Source: Felis catus (taxonomy: Eukaryota). From it: 64,000 bases of DNA. The notes below the pieces were generated by a model. The model did no database searches and was not told the DNA's origin. It worked only from the letters and a program-made list of their open reading frames with translations. The translations under genes and the position numbers were made by a program. This document shows positions 27,648 to 38,213 of this stretch, piece after piece (position 1 is the stretch's first letter; each line of letters starts with the position of its first letter). The stretch covers positions 79,052,001-79,116,000 of the forward strand of contig NC_058368.1 in NCBI RefSeq assembly GCF_018350175.1, in the 5' to 3' direction.

Positions 27648-28146
27648 TAGTTGACCTTGAAACAACGCAGTTTGGAGCTGCGTGGGTCCGCTTATGCGTG
27701 GAATGTTTTTCCGTAGAGTACAATCCTGAAAATGTAAATTCTCTTCCTTCTGATTTTCTTACTAACGTTTTTTTTTTTGTGTCACTTGTCTTTTAAGTAG
27801 TCGTAATAGAGAAAAATTTTATTAGCTTACTTTAGGTGAAGGAAAACCATTAGGCTGAATTCTCAGATTATTTTATAACAAGAGGATAAGATTCACATTG
27901 GTATAAAATTCAAACTGGTTAGTAATGTTTCCTTTCCGCTAGCTTGCTTTATTGTAAGACTACAGTACGCCTAAGACATTTGCAAAATATGTGTTAGTCG
28001 AATGTTTATGTTTAAGGCGGCTGCAACAGTATGCTATTTAGGAGTAAAGTTTAGGGACAGTCAAAAGTTATATGCAGATTTTCAACTGCACGGGGGGTGG
28101 GGGGTGAGGGGGTGTGGTAGTCCTACCTGCCGGCATTGTTCAACTG
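27648..28146 (+). mobile_element. Tigger2-family (TcMar) non-autonomous DNA transposon, interrupted at 27768-27918
   Basis: Termini agttgaccttgaaacaac ... ttgttcaactg. Internal gtcaaaagttatatgcagattttcaactgcacgggggg matches the Tigger2a consensus as I recall it. Confidence 0.85.
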
Positions 28147-29608
28147 TGCTATTTTTTAAAAGCCTGGGGTTGTTCTTTGCAAACAGTAACTAGGAAGGAA
28201 AACAGCAGCCCATTCCTTAGAAATAATACCTTGAGGAATCCATAATTTTTAAAAGCAAATCCTGCCTAACTCCATTCTCAACAAGGCAACTTATATGCAT
28301 AGATATAAGAGTTCATCTTTGACTTAACTTGGAAGTAACATTTTATCAATTTTCTTTTTTCACTATCTGGTTTACATCTTTATTCTAGAATAGCCCTTGG
28401 CACACATTAGGCACTGAATACGTACTCAGGGAACAATTTGATTCTTATTGATAAATCAAAATGAGCACAATTTGGCCAGGTTCAAATTTTACCCTTGGGA
28501 TTTGTTGAATTCGGACTGTCAGTGTATTTTCCAGAAGCCCCTTGATTCTGTTTTGCTGTTCCATGAAATTTGACAGAAATCAGGTCTTCCGTGAACGCCA
28601 TCCTGAGAATATGTCACTGGATATAGAAGAACGGGATTGCGGATTTCACAACTTATGGACACATTTGTCCATTCAACACATAGTAATTCAGTATGTTCCA
28701 TGATCTGGCTCCCCCAGAGGGCCACAGAGACCAGTGGAGGAGATAAATGGACAAACAGATTATGAGATAGAGTAACAGCAAAAACAGCAGATGGTGTGGA
28801 GCGCGAAGCAAGGGGGCTGACCCTTGCTGGAGAGTGGGGAGGGGTCGGGAAGGACCTTAAGTGACATTACGCATGTGGGGGGGCAGACCAATGGGTAAGA
28901 TGGGTTAACAGCAAAGGTTACGGACTCCTCCCACTGAAAAAAAATGTTATAACAAGGTCACAATATATCACGGCTCAGGGGAGGCCTCATTTGTTTTTGT
29001 TTTTTGTTTTTCCTTTTTCCAATTTGTAGCTGGTTGTAAATTGATGCTACATTCACTCATGTATGCAGCTAGTCTGGACATCTTTTATGTCCAAGGTCCC
29101 GTACTAAGCATTAAGTTTCCTCTGACACTAGGCAAAATCACCCTGGAAGGATTGGAATACAGTGGATATGTACACACACACAGAGGCAAATATTTTCTTG
29201 ATGAACAAGCTTTTCGTTCATTTTTTCTCATAGATTAAATATGTAGGTCCCTGGCTTTCAGTGAGAATAGAGCCAAATAACTTGTGTCCTGGGCAAAATG
29301 GCAACTTAAAAGCCACCGACATGCCTTAGCAAACCCTCAAAGGGCAAGTATTCTGTCTAAGATCATTCTTATCTCCTAACGGAACCTAAAAATGACATAA
29401 GTCCCTAGATCACTGCACAGTAGCTCAGATAAGAGTCAAGTTTGAGAACGCAGGGTTTAACACTTAAGCTACTGTTAGGACACCAGGACTTGCCCTACAG
29501 GTGTCCTTTGACCGTGAAATATTACTCCCTGACCGCATCTTGATGGAGTCACAGGTGTTTTCTCCATAAATCTTAAGACTAAACAATTGTTAAGAAAATT
29601 CTTTTTTT

Positions 29609-29834
29609 ATTTTATTTTATTTTTTTTTTCAACGTTTTTATTTATTTTTGGGACAGAGAGAGACAGAGCATGAACAGGGGAGGGGCAGAGAGAGAGGGAG
29701 ACACAGAATCCAAAGCAGGCTCCAGGCTCCGAGCCATCAGCCCAGAGCCTGACGCGGGGCTCGAACTCACGGACCGCGAGATCGTGACCTGGCTGAAGTT
29801 GGACGCTTAACCGACTGTGCCACCCAGGCGCCCC
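29609..29834 (-). mobile_element. Young feline Can-SINE
   Basis: Most CpGs retained; perfect 15-bp TSD gaaaattcttttttt (29594-29608 and 29835-29849). Confidence 0.96.
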
Positions 29835-30034
29835 GAAAATTCTTTTTTTAAACAAAATTCTTAACAGAAATTCACCTTTCATAATCCTTACATCCATATT
29901 TGCAAACGAACTATTAGCAAGCATTTGTGTGAACACGTGCGCGCGCACACACACACACACACACAGCCATAAAATCAAATGAGACTTTAATACTCCAACT
30001 GTGGATTTCTAATTTTAGTTTATGAAGACCAAAG

Positions 30035-30160
30035 CTTTCCAGGTCTCACCCCCAAAGAATCGAATTCAGTAGTTACGGGGTGGGGCGGGCAAATGCGTTG
30101 TCTTCATTCTCAGTAAAGCACCCCAGGTCGTCTGGTGCTGCCGAAGCCCGGCCCACACTC
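30035..30160 (-). mobile_element. MER5A-like fragment
   Basis: attcagtagttacggggtggggc ... cccaggtcgtctggtgctgc ... ccacact. Confidence 0.55.
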
Positions 30161-30554
30161 CACGGAAGCCGGCCGGTCACTCATGGTTAATTTCTGGTTG
30201 TGTAGCAAGTAAGAAGACGATGACCATAGGAGCTGGCCCTTACTCAGTGTCTGTTAGGTGCTGGGCATTATTCTAAGCATCTTCAATCTTTACAGCTACC
30301 CAGTGGAGTGGCACCATCACTGTGACCCTTTTGTGGTTGAGAACATTGAGTCGGGGAGCGGTGGTAATATAACCTGTCCCTTGTCACACATCCATGCTCT
30401 GGACCCAGGCAGTGGGGCCTTGGAGGCCAGCCTTTCTATGCCTCCAAATAAGCCATGCTACTTCTATTTATAACAGTTTAATACAAAAACAAAATGAAAC
30501 AACAACAAAAAAAACCCAACATTCTATCTGCATCAAAAGCAAACCTTGAGGGAA

Positions 30555-32920
30555 TGTATCAGTTATCTGTTGTTGTTTAACAGCTCATCCAAAACATAGG
30601 GATTTAGATACAATGCAGTCATGTAATGCTAGTGCTTGGATTGTGGGTGTTCACTGGGCTCCTCTGGGTGGTTCTCAGTCAAGGTCCCTTGTGAAGCTGC
30701 AGGCCATGGCTGGTGGCTGGAATCACCCGAAAGCCGGTCACTTGCACTTCTGGTGCCTCTGCCGTGTTAAGGACTAGGACTCCTTGGGCATCTCTGTCTG
30801 GAGATGGTCTCTCCACGTGGTGTGTGCAGCATGATGGCTTCAGGGTACCTGGATGTCATATGTAGAGAATCAGTGTGACAAAGACTCATAGGCTCCAGGA
30901 AGAGAGCGCCAGGCAGCCCCGGTGGTCGTGCATCTCGTGTTCACCAGCTTCCACCTGTCTGTCAGGCAGTCCCAAGGGTGCATCCGGGTTGAAGAAGGAG
31001 AAACAGACTCCGAGTCTTAATAGGACTAGAAACACTATTGTGGCCAATTTGGGGGAAATTCAGTTCCATTCCACCCACTGGACAAAACAATTCACACCCT
31101 TCCCGCATCTGAAATACACTCACTCCTCCTCCAAACTCCCCAAAGCCTCATCCCCTCACCCCTACCAGGGCCAGACCCAAAGTCCCCACCTCATCCATCT
31201 CTGCCAGACCCTGGTGTCCCGGGCTCAGGGACAGCTGCTTAGCCAGGCAGCTCTTCCAGGATGCCCCCTTCTATCTGAAGACAGGTTCTCTATTCCTTAT
31301 GGGGAGTACCTGGAGGGATGGGTGTGGATGCCCTTGACCGGAGCGGGGAGTTTGGGAGGCACGAGGCACTTCTGTACGACACCTGGGCATGTGATGTGCC
31401 TATAGAATTTAGTCCTATGCCTGGAAATGATTTTTTGTGACTCTTAGGTCCATGTTCTGCAGTCTTGGCTCACCTTTGATTTATAATTCCTGATCCACAA
31501 GAGGCATCTTATTTGGGGCTCTCAGCCTGCTTTCTGCTCATAAAATTTTGAGGCACCGGAACTTTCCATTTTGTAACGCCTCTGCTCCTTTCAGTGCACG
31601 CTGATACAATTCCCTTAAAAGCTTTGTGAGTTTCTTGTGAGTCGGTTTCTAATCCACTCCACTAGTGAAAAGCCACAGCCACTAACTTTTTTGAGACAAT
31701 CTCTTCTCTACTCTGGGCTCTCTCCAGGAGTTCTGTGGGGCAAAGCTCTCAATGTTCTTACAAGTCCTGTGGTCTTGCTGCTTTGGAAGGGTGTGTGAGG
31801 CCCTAATTTAAATCTTTCTGAGGTCTTAACAAAGGGTCGCAAAGCCATGATCTTGGCCCCATGTTTGTTTTTCCTGGAAACGGCCCAGATTTCATCTCTG
31901 CTTGGAAGTTACTTCTTCACTTGGGAATTATTTGCCATCTGGACAGCCTGGCAGTGAAGAGCCATGTTATTTTCAAGCCCAGAAAGCCCTGGCTCCTTTA
32001 TAGTTACTAGTTCTTTCTTTAGCTTATGTCTTTACTCTCACATTTTACTAGAGGAAGCTAGAATAATCCAGAAGGCAGCTTTCGCACTCTGCCTGCAGCC
32101 CTCCTTCGCTAGATCACCCACCTCCCAGAGCATGGTTTCTATTTTCCACACCACCACCGGTGACAGTGCTGCTGACCCTTCCGTGGTGGCATAAAAAGGG
32201 CTGTGCTTCCTCCAGGTTCCAGAATTTCTCCCTCCCCTTGAAGCCTCACCAAGAGCACTCTTAAGGATCACCACGCTTCTGCTAACATGCTCTTCAAGGA
32301 TCCTCCAATTTTCCAAAGCCACTGGCACACTTTTCAAGTAATTTCATAGTAGCACCCTCCAGGTACCGATATCTACATTAGCTTTCTATTGCCATATAAC
32401 AAACCTCTCCAAAATCCAGTGGCTTAAAATAACAAGCATGATGTTGTTCTCTCTCAGCAGCTGGCTGGGCTCAGCAAAGCCACCTCCTGGTTCTGCCACA
32501 GCTGTGGTGAGATGGTGGCTGGTGTGGAATCATCAGAAGACTCAGTTCACTAGATATTTCTGGTGTCTAGGCTGGGGAAACCCAGACAGCTGAGGGCCCC
32601 AGCGGATGGGGTCCCCCGGTATTTCTTTCATCTCTGTGGCCTCTCCACACGTGTGCTCCACAGCAGGGCTGCTCCAGGGTAGACAGATGTCATGCATAAA
32701 GATCAGGGCCCCCAAGATGTGTCCCAAGGGTGCAAGAGCCAGACAGAAGCTGTACTGCCCATGATCCAGCCTCAGAAGGCAGGTGGCTTCCCCTTTGTCA
32801 TAGTTTATTCATCATCAGGGGCAGGCAGTCACAGAGGCCCTCCTGGCTTCCAGGTTCTGGAAGAGCATGTGGGGTTGAAAATACCGCTGAAGCCAGTTTT
32901 GGCAAATACAATCTGCCACA
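30555..32920 (-). mobile_element. MLT1 (ERVL-MaLR) provirus remnant: LTR ~30555-31065, internal ~31066-32373, LTR ~32374-32920
   Basis: Two similar ~520-bp direct repeats share ggctgg(tgt)ggaatca, ttctggtg and tctccac blocks. They flank ~1.3 kb ending in the MaLR-type junction ggtaccgatatc|tacattag. Subfamily not resolved. Confidence 0.8.
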
Positions 32921-33384
32921 AATCCTTTAAATTATTCAAATCTTCGGAACAATTCTGTAATACTAATGTTAAAAATGTGTTTGGTTCATTAGCTTTCTAG
33001 AAGCTTATGAGCTGCTGTGTTTTAGCACATTGAAAGCCTTTGGAATAATGCTCACGAATTACGGAGTTATGCATGTTTGGTATTTTCTGCTCTTAAAAGT
33101 TGGCTGCTTTGGGGAACCCTGTATAATACTGGCTTACAAAGATGTCCAGTGGGTTGGGAAATTAATTTTGTTTTTTTCCTTTCTCATTTGGATCCCCCCC
33201 CCAATTTGGTCCATGATTACAGTGTGCCAGAGCACGAGCTGTCCACTGCACATGCAATATCTCTCCTTTTTATTCCTCTGAGATAATTACTGACCTCATC
33301 ATTTTGTGTGTGACTCTACTGGAGCTTAGAGAGACTTGCCTATGACCTCCTTCAAGTTCACAGCTGGCACCTTGCCATCCCCCC

Positions 33385-33416
33385 CACACACACACACACA
33401 CGTACACACACATGCA

Positions 33417-33451
<35 letters not shown>
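33385..33451 (+). repeat. Interrupted (CA)n microsatellite
   Basis: Direct reading. Confidence 0.93.
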
Positions 33452-33455
<4 letters not shown>

Positions 33456-33962
33456 CTCTGACCGCTTATTGTGACCTGTTGTTCCTGGTCCTGGCATGTA
33501 GCACATTCCAACGTGTGAGCATATTTACTTGTCTGTTTTTACTGTTTGTATTGTCTGCACCTCCCACCAGGGAAGAAGAAGGTAGGGAACATTTTGTCCG
33601 TGTTCACAAATGTGTCCCAGTCAGTGCTGCTGGAATGCAGGACAAAATGAATGACCGCAGGAAGGAGAGAACACACCGGGACCTAAATCCACTGTCCATA
33701 CGTGCATGTGACAGAAAACCTGGCTGCCTCAAACAGCTCAGGAACTCAGCAGAATTAGCTGTGCTTCTATGAAGGATTCCTTCAGGGGAATAAAAGACCA
33801 CATTAATCAAATAGTTCAAGATTTTTGAGAACTTTTGCTATTTCAGCAACACTCTCTGCAGTTTTTTAAAATTAACATCTCGGTTTCCAGAGCCATTATA
33901 GTGAACAAGAACACGATTACAATGTATAGTAAAAATATGTTTTAAAAAGTTTTGGGGGGAAG

Positions 33963-34196
33963 TTTTTCGTTTCTTTTAGGCCTATTTACTTTTTCTGAGA
34001 GAGAGGGAGCGGGCACGCGCACACACATGCACGCATAAGCGGGGGAGGGGCAGAGAGGAGGGACAGAATCCCAAACAGGCTCCACGCCGTTAGTACAGAG
34101 GCAGATGTGAGCCTGGAACTCACAAACTGTGAGAACTCACAAATCTGAGCCAAGATCCAGACGGGTGCTGAACCGACTGAACCACCCAGGCACCCC
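33963..34196 (-). mobile_element. Can-SINE, diverged
   Basis: Ends ...aaccgactgaaccacccaggcacccc; gggggaggggcagag core present. Confidence 0.88.
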
Positions 34197-34317
34197 TGGA
34201 ATTTTTAAAAATTAGCCTTTAATAAATGTTGGGGTCATATTTAAATAGTTTTTCTTCTTTGTTCATTGTTTTTCTAAATATCTCCTGTTTCAACAAGAAG
34301 TTTCCGCCTCAGGGGGC

Positions 34318-34544
34318 GGGGCGCCTGGGTGGCTTGGTCGGTTGGGCTTATGACTTGGGCTCAGGTCATGATCTCGCAGTTCCTGGGTTTGAGCCCCGTG
34401 TAGGGCTCTGTGCTGACAGCTTAGAGCCGGGAACCTGCTTTGGATCCTGTGTCTCCCTCTCTCTCTGCCCCTCTCCTGCTCATGCTGTCTCCCCTCGCCC
34501 CTCAAAAATAAATGTTAAAAACATTTGAAATAATTTAAAAAAAT
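34318..34544 (+). mobile_element. Can-SINE (SINEC_Fc type)
   Basis: Full-length copy; TSD aagaagtttcc (34295-34305 and 34545-34555). Confidence 0.94.
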
Positions 34545-34565
34545 AAGAAGTTTCCATCTTAGACG

Positions 34566-34713
34566 TTGTTTTTGTTTTTGTGTTTTTACCTTCTGTTTTG
34601 TTTTTTTTTTTTTTTTTCTTTTTTAAGGTGATCTCTAAGCCCAGCGTGGGGCCCAAACCCTGACCCCTGAGATCAAGCGGCCCAGGCTCTTCTTGATCCA
34701 GCCTGGCACCCCC
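34566..34713 (-). mobile_element. Short, older tRNA-derived Can-SINE
   Basis: T-rich tail followed by ...gacccctgagatcaag...cagcctggcacccc, a reversed tRNA-like head. Confidence 0.7.
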
Positions 34714-35303
34714 TCCCACTTAGAAGTTCCTGGTGACATGTTGTATCTTGATTCCCGTTAAACACGTGCTTGTGTTAAGGATTCAAATATACTGGTTAAT
34801 TGTAAAACTTACCCTTGGCATCTTTTTTAGAAAGTCCTTTCTAAGAAGGTAATCTCCCCAGGACATGTTGGTGTTTTGTCACCCGTATACCATTCACAAG
34901 GAGCCGAGGCCTTTCCTATAGGAAGCATCCATATGCCACTAACTAGCCAAGGTCCCTGCCGGCCCTGGGGAGGGTCGGTTCAGTCCACACTTACTTCACA
35001 GCTGTATCAGGCCCGAGGAGTGCAGGCAGAGTATGTTCCGGAAAGCAGATCTGAAAGGCCCTCCCCAGGGCTTCGCCCTTCCCCTGTGCAGGTGGCTGAC
35101 CATCCCGGGCCACCTCGCTGCCCACCTGACGCCTTCCTCAACCGGTACACTTGGCCTCCAGCTGCGGGGTCTGGATGCGTCTCCTCGCTGGGAGTCCGGG
35201 GCTCTGGAGGGCGGAGGGAGGCAGGCGGGGTGCTCGCGGTGGGACCCCGGGGTAAGGAGGGGGCCTGGCTGACACCTGCGTCCCTCCCCTGTGCCCCCTC
35301 CAG

Positions 35304-36350
35304 CTCTGACCCGGCCCAGGCCGCACAGCGACGACTACAGCACCATGAAGAAGATTCCTCCCCGCAAGCCCAAGCGCAGCCCCAACACCAAGCTCAGCGG
35401 CTCCTCTGAGGAGATCGCGGGCGCGCGGCGCAGAGGCGGCCAGAGGTGCGCGCTCGGGGTCCCCGCGCCCCCCGCGCCCCCCGCGCGAGCCCCGCCGGAG
35501 CCCGACCCCGAGCCCGAGCCCGTGTACATCGAGATGCTGGGCCGCGCCGGCAGCCCTGAGCAGGCCGAGGCCGTGTACGAGGAGATGAAGTACTTCGCGC
35601 CCCCCGAGGCGTCCGCGTCGCCCCCAGCTCTGCCCAGTGACAGTCGGAACCCCGTCCCCGGGGAGGAGGGCGACGGGGGCTGCCCGGCCGCCGGGTCCTG
35701 CAGAGACGCGTGCGACATCCCGGCCCCTTTCCCCAACCTGCTCCCTCACCGCCCCCCGCTCCTGGTGTTCCCCCCGACCCCTGTCACCTGCTCCCCGGCG
35801 TCCGACGAGTCGCCCTTGACGCCGCTGGAGGTGAAGAAGCTGCCGGTGCTGGAGACCAACCTCAAGTACCCCGTGCAGGCCGAAGGCTCCAGCCCGCTGT
35901 CCCCGCAGCACGCCAGGAACCCCAAGAGCGACGGGGATGGGCCCGCGTCCCCCGGCCCGCCGGCGCCCGGCGGCTCGCCCCCCACGCCGCCGCCTCCCCC
36001 CGCGCCCCCGACCCCCCGGCCGCCCACGCACTTCGCCTTCCCCCCGGAGCCCGTGGGCGCCGCGGCCCGAGCGACAGCCGGCCCCGACACGCCCAGGGCG
36101 CACCAGCCGCCCCACTCTGCGCCCGCGGGGGGCGCGTGCAGCTCTCTCCCCAAGGCCCCCTACTCCCCCGGGAGGGCCGCCAGGCCCGAGCACCGCAAGG
36201 CCAGCGCCAGCTCGTCCTCCCCGGTGCCCTACAGCCCCCCGAACTGCAGAGCCCTCAGCAGCCCCCTGGACGAGTTGACCAGCCTCTTCAACTCTGGAAG
36301 GAGCTTGCTACGCAAGTCGGCGGCCGGGAGGAGAATCAGGGACCCCGAAG
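35304..36350 (+). CDS. MYO16: MYO16 large tail exon (1047 nt): NYAP-homology, Pro-rich region with YSTM, YIEM and YEEM motifs
   Basis: Inside ORF 35291..36568. Acceptor gtgccccctccag|CT, donor GAAG|gtaggc. Contains [22 protein letters not shown], typical of NYAP/MYO16. Phase 1-1. Confidence 0.96.
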
Positions 36351-36420
36351 GTAGGCGGAGAGGAGAATCGGGGACCCCGGAGGTAGGCGGGGAGGAGAAT
36401 CGGGGACCCCGAAGGCAGGC
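36328..36420 (+). repeat. 32-bp tandem repeat, about 2.9 copies, spanning the exon/intron boundary
   Basis: Units: gaggagaatcagggaccccgaaggtaggcgga / gaggagaatcggggaccccggaggtaggcggg / gaggagaatcggggaccccgaaggcaggc. Confidence 0.97.
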
Positions 36421-37016
36421 AAAAGAGAAACCCGCGCCGGGGTGCATAGCACACGGGTGTGCATCTCCGCCTCGGGGTCCGCGTGCCTGCACACGCGCAC
36501 ATCCTTGTCTGTTGCTTAAACACGGCTTTGGGGGACCGAGTGGCCATTCCGAGCAGATGCCCACTTAAAAACATCTTGTGCAGCCAGTGTGGGCCTCGTG
36601 ATATGAAAATACATAGTGCCAAAACTGGGCTCAGCAAAGTCTAGTGACTTCAAGGTGTTAAAGCAAGACGGAGCTTGAGCTGGTGCTCTTTTCGCTAATA
36701 ATATGCTTCGTGATAACCCGGAAGTGGTATTTTTGTAGCATCACATTGCCGATTCCCGCTGCATTCACAGCTCACCACGAGTGCCCGAGTGTCCTGGGCG
36801 GAGGTGACGCCACGTGACCACCTGTCCATTCACAACCTTAGACCGCATACTGCTCACCTTTGTATTGCTTCGGATGAATCATTTTTCTTTGGTTCGAGTA
36901 CCACCCCAGGGACATCTTAACGCAGTTCTGTTAACACCTGTATCTTCTCATTGAGTAACTCAGCCTAGGGGGGGGGGGGGGGTTGCACTGACCATCCACT
37001 CTGGCGGGCACAACAC

Positions 37017-37076
37017 CTGACCTGAGCCCAAGTCGAAAGTTGGATGTTTAAAGGACTGAGCCACCCAGGCCCCCCC
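37017..37076 (-). mobile_element. Can-SINE 5' head fragment
   Basis: tgacctgagcccaagtcgaaagttggatgtttaaaggactgagccacccaggcccccc. Confidence 0.8.
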
Positions 37077-38024
37077 GAGGAACAGATTCTCATAATAATC
37101 GCAACTAATGTATTCATCTTCCAAAAAACATTCTAAGGCTTTTATACAAAACCAAAATATTTCCCAATGTGTTGTATCTTAAGGAAGAAATACGTTCATA
37201 TCTTCTGTCTAAGGAAGTTGTAACAGGTCCCTTTTGTCATAACGCCATCGATACCCACCCCTCCAGGTAAATGGCAAACCATTAACATCCTAGCTTTACA
37301 GACTGAGATGGGAAACTTCAAGGTGAAGAGGTTAAATGCCTTCTTCGGGTCAAGTGGTAGGAGTGGGAATAAAATGTTGGCATTTTATGGACACGCGAAC
37401 CCGCTGTGTCTCCAAAAGAAAATATATAAACATGTTAGCTTTCATCATTTGATTAGGAAAATTCCTTTTCTGTTCAGGAAAATTACAAAAACTCTAAAAT
37501 ATTTAGAAAGCAATCTGAGTAAGTGACAAGTAGATCAAGGTAGGAATACTTAGCAAATGACTCAATAACTTACTCCCTCTTCATTTTTCAAAAAAAAAAA
37601 TATGCGAATTGTTCTGCTAACAATTTAAGGATAGGCCCATTAAAAAATGAAATTATCCTTGTAGGTAGAGGAATGTTTGAATTTCACGAGTCATATATTG
37701 TATTCGAAGGAACAAAATGGAATCGAAGAGCAAAGCATTAAAGGAACAAATTAATATTTGCTTTTAGAACTAAAAGTTAATTAAAACCACATACAGCTCA
37801 TTTCACTGGAGTTAGGAATTGGGTGAATTCTTCTTGACTTGATTGACGAAAGTGAAGTGAATGGATTCCTAGACACAATTGGTCTTCCGGAAATCTCTGA
37901 GCTGAGGACTCAGCATAGTGAGAGGTATAGTGAGGCCTCCGGCGTGGTGTGTGAATTTGCTAATTACATTTCCCTGCGGTGGCATGAACCAGTATTTGAG
38001 AACACGTATCAGAACCTCAAGTAT

Positions 38025-38213
38025 GGGGCACCTGGGTGGCTCAGTCGGTTAAGCGTCCAACTTCAGCTCAAGTCATGATCTCATGGCTTGTGGGTTTGAG
38101 CCCCACGTCAGCCTCTGTGCTGACAGCTCGGAGCCTGGAGCCTGCTTTGGATTCTGTGGCCTCCCTCTCTCTGTCTCTCTCTCAAAAATAAAAGCATTAA
38201 AAAATATTCAAAA
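38025..38213 (+). mobile_element. Can-SINE (SINEC_Fc type)
   Basis: Typical head and tail; TSD cctcaagta on both sides. Confidence 0.94.

Larger units (their letters stand above)
35150..36500. promoter_or_regulatory. Intragenic CpG island over the large tail exon
   Basis: Very GC-rich with dense CpG compared with the flanking introns. Not quantified; regulatory activity is unproven. Confidence 0.7.

Noticed and set aside
30875..31405. 176-aa ORF
   Set aside because: Lies across the decayed MLT1 LTR/internal junction; no recognisable protein.
35138..36193. 351-aa antisense ORF and other overlapping ORFs (35710..36354, 35335..35736, 35746..36153)
   Set aside because: Shadow ORFs of a very GC-rich coding exon where stop codons are scarce. 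Gly/Arg-rich low complexity with no recognisable domain.
36328..36420. 32-bp repeats as a CRISPR array
   Set aside because: The units are contiguous with no spacers, there are no cas genes, and the DNA is mammalian.
36351..36568. 72-codon read-through after the tail exon as an alternative C-terminus
   Set aside because: Largely explained by the GC-rich repeat. The nearest AATAAA I found is ~800 nt further on (37368), and there is no other support.
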